Shown piece by piece: positions 16,549 to 22,737 of a DNA stretch of 24,000 nt. Each line of letters opens with the position of its first letter. Position 1 is the stretch's first letter. A program made the position numbers and the translations under genes. The notes under the pieces were generated by a model, which was not told where the DNA came from, ran no database searches, and worked only from the letters and a program-made list of their open reading frames with translations. Source of the DNA: an uncultured beta proteobacterium (lineage in GTDB: Bacteria; Pseudomonadota; Gammaproteobacteria; Burkholderiales; Casimicrobiaceae); assembly GCA_963777455.1 (NCBI GenBank), contig CAVZQQ010000004.1:476880-500879 (forward strand). Reading direction: 5' to 3'.

Positions 16549-17124
16549 ATGGGCTACTCAGATCCCAAGAAATCACGACGGCATCCTCCTGGGTCGCCGA
16601 CGCCCAGCACGGCACCTGCAGGCCCGCGCCCGGTAAGGCTGGTTGGTAGCAGCAGCTCGAAATCCGCTCGGGCCCTGGCGGTTCTACAACACATCCGCGA
16701 ACTCCTTCGCGTCTCTCAACAACACTTTCAGCGCATCGAGGCTCGCTGCGGCGTGAGCGGCGCGCAACTCTGGGCCCTGGCGGAACTCCAGGCGCGGCCT
16801 GGAACAAAGATCTCCGAGTTGGCGATCGCCTTGTCGGTGCATCTGTCAACCGCGAGCAATCTTCTCGACCGGTTGGAAGCTAAAACGCTCATACGCCGTC
16901 AACGCGGTAAAGAGGACCAGCGCACCGTACGCGTCTACCTTACGCCCGCGGGCCAGGGCGTTCTGCGCAGAGCACCCAAACCGGTTGAAGGGATCATCCC
17001 CGATGCCCTTCACCGCATGCCGCGCGATGCGCTCGGTCGACTTGACCGCGATCTGGAGAAACTGCTGCGGCTGGCGAGAGTTCGCGACCAGCGCGCAGCG
17101 ATGAAGCCGCTTGCCGACCTCTGA
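16549..17124 (+). CDS. MarR-family transcriptional regulator.
   Basis: Winged-helix region: GVSGAQLWALAELQARPGTKISELAIALSVHLSTASNLLDRLEAKTLIRRQRGKEDQRTVRVYLTPAG. I chose the start at in-frame ATG 16549. The longer ORF-track extension from 16327 is low-complexity and not MarR-like. Confidence 0.85.
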   Translation: MGYSDPKKSRRHPPGSPTPSTAPAGPRPVRLVGSSSSKSARALAVLQHIRELLRVSQQHFQRIEARCGVSGAQLWALAELQARPGTKISELAIALSVHLSTASNLLDRLEAKTLIRRQRGKEDQRTVRVYLTPAGQGVLRRAPKPVEGIIPDALHRMPRDALGRLDRDLEKLLRLARVRDQRAAMKPLADL

Positions 17125-17146
17125 TGAATGGCCAGAACAGGTGCTC

Positions 17147-17180
17147 TTGCAAGAATTAATATTAGGGAATAGTATATTCC
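17147..17180 (+). promoter_or_regulatory. Promoter/operator-like element, copy 1: TTGCAA-N17-TAGTAT, overlapped by the dyad GGAATA-gta-TATTCC.
   Basis: A sharply AT-rich island in GC-rich DNA. The -35/-10 spacing was counted by hand. The 11-nt core AATAGTATATT (17168-17178) is identical to 18353-18363. A degenerate extra half-site GAATAGTG lies at 17189-17196. Confidence 0.5.
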
Positions 17181-17220
17181 TCGTAAGAGAATAGTGTTTC
17201 ACGTATAGACATACTCCCAC

Positions 17221-17257
17221 GCGGGCTGGTCAGGCACTGTCAGCCCGCGCACTTTTT
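17221..17257 (+). terminator. Intrinsic-terminator-like hairpin with a T-tract.
   Basis: GCGGGCTG-(12-nt loop)-CAGCCCGC followed by gcacTTTTT. It lies 97 nt after the marR stop, about 45 nt after the predicted start site of element copy 1, and 47 nt before ATG 17304. Confidence 0.6.
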
Positions 17258-17303
17258 GTCAGCCTCCGTGCTGAATGCAGGGTGCGGGCGAGGATTGATT
17301 GCC

Positions 17304-17636
17304 ATGCGTGACTGGCTCTTGGTCATGGCTCTGGTGGTGGCTCTGGTCGCGTGGGTCGTCGCGGTACTGCTCTCGCCGCAGTTAGGGAGCGTACCGGCCG
17401 ACCTGAGCGAGTCCGACGAACTCTTCGTGGAGGCATTGGGCGGCAGTACTGTTCACGCGTCCTCTGATTCGCATCCCTTCGACTTCTTCCAGGAAAGCAG
17501 CGGCCCAAGCGATGCCGCGGCGGATGGCAGTGCGCTGGCCTCGGTAGCGGAATTTGCCGCTCATGCTCGAGCCTACGCGATCAGCTCCTTCGATCAGTCT
17601 TCCCCTACGCGCGCTCAGGAACGAGCAAATCGCTAG
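17304..17636 (+). CDS. Hypothetical membrane-anchored acidic protein.
   Basis: MRDWLLVMALVVALVAWVVAVLL (one TM helix), then an acidic, Ser/Ala/Asp-rich and probably disordered region. GAGGA lies 8 nt upstream of the ATG. I recognise no family. Confidence 0.45.
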   Translation: MRDWLLVMALVVALVAWVVAVLLSPQLGSVPADLSESDELFVEALGGSTVHASSDSHPFDFFQESSGPSDAAADGSALASVAEFAAHARAYAISSFDQSSPTRAQERANR

Positions 17637-17663
17637 GCGGGCAGCGATCTGCAGCTGTTCCCG

Positions 17664-18188
17664 CTAGTCATCGGGGTAGACCAGGTCAGCACGCCGATTC
17701 TGCGACCAGCATGATTCCTCGCTAGCCGTACACCGAGGTTTCTCCTTGCCGAAGCTGACCGTATCGATCTGGCGGTCTTCGGCGCCGAGCACCGTAAGGT
17801 ATCGCTTGACGGCGTCAGCTCGCCGCTGGCCGAGGGCCAAGTTGTACTCGCGGCTGCCACGCTCGTCGGTATTGCCCTGCACGGTCACCTTGGTGCCCGG
17901 ATGTTGGCGAAGGTAATTGGCGTGAGCTTGGAGCAGGGGTCGGTCACGGTCCTTGATCAGCGACTGGTCGTAATCGAAGAAGATGCTGCGCTTGGAAAGA
18001 ATATTGCTTGGGTCTTTCAAAGGGTTGCCCACCGTTCCCGGGCCAGCGCGGTTGGGCGCGGTGGTTGCCTCGGTGGGTTGCTGCGCGACTGGCGCCGGCG
18101 CCGCAGCCGGAGCGGCTTCCTTCGTCGGTGCATTGGAACAGGCCGCTGCCAGCAGTACCGACGCCAACAGGAAAATACGGTAATACAT
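17664..18188 (-). CDS. Peptidoglycan-associated lipoprotein (Pal)-like OmpA-family lipoprotein, outside a tol-pal context.
   Basis: Lipobox LLAAAC, a Pro/Ala linker, then the OmpA-C-like domain FFDYDQSLIKDRDRPLLQAHANYL..VTVQGNTDERGSREYNLALGQRRADAVKRYL..VSFGKEKP..CWSQNRRADLVY. GGAGGAG lies 4 nt upstream of ATG 18188. Confidence 0.85.
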   Translation of the reverse strand: MYYRIFLLASVLLAAACSNAPTKEAAPAAAPAPVAQQPTEATTAPNRAGPGTVGNPLKDPSNILSKRSIFFDYDQSLIKDRDRPLLQAHANYLRQHPGTKVTVQGNTDERGSREYNLALGQRRADAVKRYLTVLGAEDRQIDTVSFGKEKPRCTASEESCWSQNRRADLVYPDD

Positions 18189-18330
18189 GACGCTCCTCCA
18201 TCAAGAGTTCGTGAACCACCGCTGCGCCGACGCCACGCGACACGGACTCCTGGCTACCGAAGGCTACGCGTCGGGCAGCGATCGGCCTCAAGGTTCTCGA
18301 TACCTTGACAACACGGTGTAAGCTGGAAGT

Positions 18331-18366
18331 TTGCCAGAAATAAGTATTTGGTAATAGTATATTAGG
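18331..18366 (+). promoter_or_regulatory. Promoter/operator-like element, copy 2: TTGCCA-N18-TAGTAT, with the dyad TAATA-gta-TATTA.
   Basis: Hand alignment to 17147-17180 gives 28 identical positions of 33 with one 1-nt gap, including the identical 11-nt core at 18353-18363. The opposite strand also offers TTGCAG-N18-TATACT pointing at the Pal-like gene. Confidence 0.5.
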
Positions 18367-18373
18367 TACAAGT

Positions 18374-18888
18374 ATGATCCTGCAAGCCATGTCTGCACTG
18401 TGGGCGGTTCCCGCTCTTTGGAGTTCGGCGAGGCGCTTTAACTATCAAGCGCAGGACTGTCCGCTGACGCTGCGTCAGGCTGCCGACGGGTACCGACGGG
18501 GGCACCCGGAAGCACTGCAGGCGGATAAGCTTAGTGCGGTGAGCGCTGCGCTATTTCGTTCGCATGACATCTCTGCCATGTCACCTTCGGCCTTGATACA
18601 ACTGTTCGCGATGAGGTGTTGACCGATTTCTGGACAATCTTTGGCACCGACATCGGTCTGCACCGATACCTCCACTACCTCCGCGAGACGCCGGAGACGA
18701 AGGAACTCCATCGTGTGATTGGCTATGACAGGGCAACGCTCTGGACCATCCGGGCCGTCCCGCAGATCGGCAAGGCATCGCCGCGAAGTAGGCGCATGTC
18801 CAAGAGGTGGCCTTGGGTTGTGCCAGGCTCGTTCTGGATGCAACCGCTGAATACGTTACGCCGGGAATTTAATATCCGCGTTATTTGA
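18374..18888 (+). pseudogene. Coq4-family protein homolog; frame broken at 18575-18576, inside the HDxxH motif.
   Basis: ORFs 18374-18622 and 18616-18888 join. Removing 'gc' (18575-18576) gives LFRSHDISHVTFGLDTTVRDE, which is HDxxH-x11-E, the spacing I recall for the Coq4 zinc motif. The C-terminus FWMQPLNTLRREFNI resembles the Coq4 tail (W...L..LR.EL.I). The start codon is uncertain (ATG 18374 or 18389). Confidence 0.5.
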
Positions 18889-19110
18889 ATCCTTGAACAA
18901 CACTGACCCGACGTTGTAGTTGAAATGTCAATCGCCTTCCGACACTTCACGCCGACGTCGCTTAGGCGGTGGCCGGTTCGACGGGCCACTATCGGAAGAG
19001 GGCGATCGCCCCGATTGCGACTGCTCACCCTTCGCCACGAGCGGCAGAAGGACTTCACGGCGAACGAGCACACGAGGGAGCTAGTCCGAGCCCCCATTTT
19101 GGAGACCACC

Positions 19111-19434
19111 ATGAAATCAGCAAGCCTCTATCCAGCAGCACTTGGCGTCTGTTTGACCTTCCTGGCGTTATCGGTAGGTGCCCAGACCGCCAGCGGCAAC
19201 GCGTCACCGGCAGCCACCGGCAGTTCGACTATGGCGCCAGCCGCGAGTACTCACAAGCACCACGCGATGGCTCATCACCAAACCCATGCGAAGCACATGC
19301 ACATGGGCGCGGGAGCATCCGGCAGCAATCAAGACGAGGCATATCGCGGCGCGCTGAAGAGTTGCGTCGAAGGGCCGCAGACACAACGGGACGGCTGCCT
19401 GGACGATGCAATTGCGCGATTTGGTCGTTCATAA
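19111..19434 (+). CDS. Small secreted His/Met-rich protein (probable periplasmic metal-binding protein).
   Basis: ATG 19111 has GGAGA 5 nt upstream. Signal peptide MKSASLYPAALGVCLTFLALSVGAQT. HKHHAMAHHQTHAKHMHMG cluster. C-terminal Cys pair: KSCVEGPQTQRDGCLDDAIARFG. Confidence 0.65.
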   Translation: MKSASLYPAALGVCLTFLALSVGAQTASGNASPAATGSSTMAPAASTHKHHAMAHHQTHAKHMHMGAGASGSNQDEAYRGALKSCVEGPQTQRDGCLDDAIARFGRS

Positions 19435-19575
19435 CGCGCCCCGACCGTGAAGAAAACTGGTGCGAGCCGTTTCTCCACAGAGTACGGAGACACCAAGTGG
19501 CCGCGCTGCCAGGGGAGTCCGCTCGCAGTCTTGCTGCCCTGTTAACCCTGCGACCGCTGATCGGGTAGAAGGTAA

Positions 19576-20475
19576 ATGACGGCTACCAAGCAGTTCGACC
19601 CTGGGCATCGTGACATGCTTGGTAGGCACGCGAGGCGCGAAGCACCGTTCGCATTCTTGCGCAAGCCTGTCTGGTGGCTGGCAACCCTCGCGCTCCTGGG
19701 TGGCATCGCTGTGGCGGTCTACTACTACGGGCGAGAACCGTCTCGGGAGGCGATCGGGCCTCGACCGGTACCCGCTAGCGAGACGGTGCCGGTACCCAAG
19801 GCTGCCGAGGAGCCGACCCTACATCATCCAATCCCGGAAACCCAACCTCCATTCAGACAGGGCGAACCGCTGCCTGCGCTAGATCAGAGCGACAAGGTGC
19901 TGTGGGATGTGCTGGTTGGCATGTTTGGGAAAACGTCGGTCGGCGAGCTTTTCTATTCGAGCGATATCGTTCGGCGCTTTGTAGCCACCATCGACAACCT
20001 GCCGCGGAAGAAACTGCCTCTGCAGCCGCGGCCGGTCAAGCCGGCGACCGGACATTTCCTGACTGCCGCCGAGAGCGGAAGCGTCGTCATCGCCCCTGAA
20101 AATAACCTGCGTTATTCAATCTATGTTTTGGCGGCCGAGTCCGTGGATGCGAAGAAGCTTGTCGCCATCTACGTTCATTTCTACCCTCTATTTCAGCAGG
20201 AATACCGGAACCTGGGATACCCTTCCGGCGCCTTCAACGACCGCCTGATCGAGGCCGTTGATGACTTGCTTATCACGCCAGACGTGAAGGGATCGATTCA
20301 CCTCGTGCAGCCCAAGGTCGTGTACGAGTTCGCCGACCCCGATTTGGAGGCGCTCTCCGCGGGCGAGAAGATCATGCTCCGAATTGGGCTCGACAACGCC
20401 GCCAGGATCAAGGCAAAGTTGCGGGAGATCCGGCGCGAGTTAACCCCAACTACCGCCCGTGACCAAAGGCGGTAG
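19576..20475 (+). CDS. DUF3014-family membrane-anchored protein.
   Basis: N-terminal TM WWLATLALLGGIAVAVYYY and a Pro-rich linker. Conserved blocks then match my recollection of DUF3014: LPALDQSD, RRFVATIDNLPRKK, NNLRYSIYV, YPLFQQEYRNLGYPSGAFNDRLIEAVDDLL, YEFADPDLEALSAGEK. Confidence 0.7.
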   Translation: MTATKQFDPGHRDMLGRHARREAPFAFLRKPVWWLATLALLGGIAVAVYYYGREPSREAIGPRPVPASETVPVPKAAEEPTLHHPIPETQPPFRQGEPLPALDQSDKVLWDVLVGMFGKTSVGELFYSSDIVRRFVATIDNLPRKKLPLQPRPVKPATGHFLTAAESGSVVIAPENNLRYSIYVLAAESVDAKKLVAIYVHFYPLFQQEYRNLGYPSGAFNDRLIEAVDDLLITPDVKGSIHLVQPKVVYEFADPDLEALSAGEKIMLRIGLDNAARIKAKLREIRRELTPTTARDQRR

Positions 20476-20657
20476 GCCCCACCAGATGCCTTGCATCGCA
20501 CCCTATGCGGTCGCGTGACACGCGGCGCGAAGGTGCGACGCATTAACCGAAAATCAAGGGTGTTGAGGGAAGGCTTTTCATCGAAAACGACGGCACAAAT
20601 AAGGCACAGAGGTGAAAGCGAGTGAGGAATTGCTATCTCGCAGAACCGCGTTGGGAT

Positions 20658-20733
20658 TGGTGCCGGCAGTAGGAATCGAACCCACGACCAACGGTTTACA
20701 AAACCGCTGCTCTACCAACTGAGCTATGCCGGC
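20658..20733 (-). tRNA. tRNA-Thr (anticodon UGU), with encoded CCA.
   Basis: Folded by hand: GCCGGCA-TA-GCTC-AGTTGGTA-GAGC-A-GCGGT-TTTGTAA-ACCGT-TGGTC-GTGGG-TTCGATT-CCTAC-TGCCGGC-A-CCA. 76 nt. U33 and A37 flank the TGT anticodon, and all four stems pair. Confidence 0.93.
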
Positions 20734-20760
20734 CCGGCTACGAGCCAAGTCTGAGCGCGG

Positions 20761-21189
20761 CTATTTTACAACTTGAAGGTGTTTGGGCCGGCCCCGGGGT
20801 TTACTGTCCGAGGGCGATGCTCCCGCCGCCGGTGTCTCCGGCGCAGCCGTCGCGGCATCGAGCGATGCCGCCGGATCGGCGGCCATGGCAAACGCAAACC
20901 CGTAACCGGTCTCCTTGGCGAAGACCCCCGACACGGCAGCCATCGGCACCGAGACTTCCTGCGACACGCCATTAAAGCGTGCGGTGAACTGCACGTGGTC
21001 GTTGTCGACCGTGAGACGGCGAGTCGCACCCGAACTGATGTTCAGGACGATCTCGCCGTTCTTGACGTAAGCGACCGGAACCCGCGTCTGCCGGTTGACC
21101 TTTACCGCCAGGTACGGAGTAAGACTGTTATCCGCGCACCATTCGCAGATGGCGCGAATCAGGTACGGTTTGGCAGATTGCTCTGACAT
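20761..21189 (-). CDS. sspB: ClpXP specificity-enhancing factor SspB (stringent starvation protein B).
   Basis: PYLIRAICEWCADNSLTPYLAV..VPVAYVKNGEIVLNIS..A..L....D.V.F.ARF.G. A flexible Ala/Pro tail ends in the ClpX-binding-like RPKHLQVVK. It lies directly downstream of sspA. Confidence 0.9.
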   Translation of the reverse strand: MSEQSAKPYLIRAICEWCADNSLTPYLAVKVNRQTRVPVAYVKNGEIVLNISSGATRRLTVDNDHVQFTARFNGVSQEVSVPMAAVSGVFAKETGYGFAFAMAADPAASLDAATAAPETPAAGASPSDSKPRGRPKHLQVVK

Positions 21190-21241
21190 GCGCTAAGGAT
21201 ACACCAAGGGGCCCGGCAACGCCTTTGGCCTAGGCCGCCGA

Positions 21242-21842
21242 CTATTTTCTCATGCCGCGTTCTGCGGAGGTAAGCGCCTCGATAAACGCCGGTCGCGAAA
21301 ACAGCCGCTCCGAGTATTTCATGAGCGGCGCCGCCGGCTTGGGCAGTTGAATTCCGTAGTAGTCGAGCCGCCATAGCAACGGCGTGATCGCCACATCGAG
21401 CATCGAGAACTCCTCGCCGAGCATGTACTTGTGCTTGGTGAATACCGGCGCGATCTGCAGCAGACTGTCGCGCACCAGGCCCACGCGCTTTGTCGAGCTG
21501 CTTTTGATTGTTGCCCTCGAGCGTATCGATGTGCGAGAACAGCTCCTTCTCGAATCGGTGCAGGAACAACCGCGCCCGCGCGCGCATCAGCGGATCGGCC
21601 GGCATCAGCTGCGGATGCGGGAATCGTTCGTCGATGTACTCATTGATGATGTTCGACTCGTGCAGCACCAGGTCGCGCTCGACGAGGACGGGTACCTGGT
21701 TGTACGGATTCATGACCGCGAGGTCCTCCGGCTTGTGATCCAGATCGACATCGATGATCTGGAAATCCATGCCCTTCTCGTGCAGCACGATTCGGCAGCG
21801 CTGGCTGAAAGGATCGGTCGTCCCGGAATAGAGCGTCATCAT
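21242..21842 (-). pseudogene. sspA: Stringent starvation protein A (GST-like); one frame break at ~21479-21481.
   Basis: The N-terminal part comes from ORF 21159-21842 (MTLYSGTTDPFSQRCRIVLHEKGMDFQIIDVD..NPYNQVPVLVERDLVLHESNIINEYIDERFPHPQLMP). The C-terminal part comes from ORF 21242-21484 (GLVRDSLLQIAPVF..KYMLGEEFSMLDVAI.PLLWRLDYYGI). The junction is at gcg-cgt-g-ggc, i.e. a CCC run on the + strand. Confidence 0.85.
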
Positions 21843-21895
21843 GATGTTTTCTCCTGAGGCGGCGCTGCGATCGTCACCGCGGTGCGGAAATGCGA

Positions 21896-21921
21896 GGGGC
21901 AGGAGCGCGTGCTCCTGCCCC
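21896..21921 (-). terminator. Strong GC hairpin between petC and sspA (terminator or attenuator; weak U-tract).
   Basis: GGGGCAGGAGC-acgc-GCTCCTGCCCC (11-bp perfect stem) on the transcribed strand, followed by tcgcatttcc. Confidence 0.4.
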
Positions 21922-21941
21922 GGTGTTCGCTGTCGAGTTGT

Positions 21942-22737
21942 TCAGTGCAATTCGGCCCAATAGTCGCGCTTTAGCGCATACACGAGGGCGAAGAGAACGC
22001 CCAGGAAAAGCAACACGACGATGCCGATGTTGATGCGCTCGTTCTTGACCGGCTCGGCCATGTAGTCGAGGTAGTTGACCAGATCGGCGACGAACGTCTC
22101 GTAGTCGGTGCGCGACAGCGTGCCCGGCGTATCCGCCGCCAACGTCTTCACGATGTACTTGCCCCCGGCGCCGGTTCGACCACCGAGAGCCCCTTGGTTG
22201 CAATCGCCGCGGCCTCCGCCTTCTCGACATCGTCGTACGGGGTCTCGACGAGCTTCTGGGCTCCGGCCAGGCTCCACAACACGTGCGGCATGGCGACGTT
22301 CGGGAACACGAGGTTGTTCCAGCCGGTCGGCGACTTGTCGTCGCGGTAGAAGGCGAGGAGATAGCTGTAGAGCCAATCCTTGCCGCGCACGCGCGCTTCA
22401 ACAGTCAGGTCAGGTGGCGCCGCGTTGAACCATGCCGCGGCGTCGGCACGGCTCATCGCCACCGTCATCGTGCTGCCGATCTTGTCGGAAGCAAACATCA
22501 GATTGTCCTGAATCTGCTTCTCGGTCAGGCCAAGGTCGGTCAGCCGGTTGTAGCGCATGTATTGCGCGCTGTGGCAATTCAGGCAGTAGTTGACGAAGTT
22601 GCGCGCGCCGCGCTGCAGCGATTCGACATCGAGGCGGTTCGACGGCGCCGAAAGCAGGCGCGGCTCCTCGCCGCGAGCGCCGCGCCCGCGAGCGCGAGCA
22701 GGATCACGCCGGCAACGCAGCGCAGCACCCTCACCAT
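21942..22737 (-). pseudogene. petC: Cytochrome c1 of the bc1 complex; two frame breaks (~22668-22672 and the C5 run at 22162-22166).
   Basis: Signal peptide MVRVLRCVAGVILLALAGAALAA (ATG 22737, overlapping the petB stop). It then continues in another frame: EEPRLLSAPSNRLDVESLQRGARNFVNYCLNCHS (CxxCH heme site) ..APPDLTVEARVRG.DWLYSYL..F..V.MP. A third frame gives GKYIVKTL..DLVNYLDYMAEP and the C-terminal TM anchor. Both breaks behave as net -1. Confidence 0.85.

Noticed and set aside
12753-20733. The idea that the accessory-looking stretch next to tRNA-Thr is a tRNA-targeted genomic island.
   Set aside because: There is no integrase, transposase or phage gene anywhere in the window. The only repeat of the tRNA 3' end I found is a 9-nt GC-rich match (ggtgccggc at 15421-15429) inside a coding region, which is consistent with chance.
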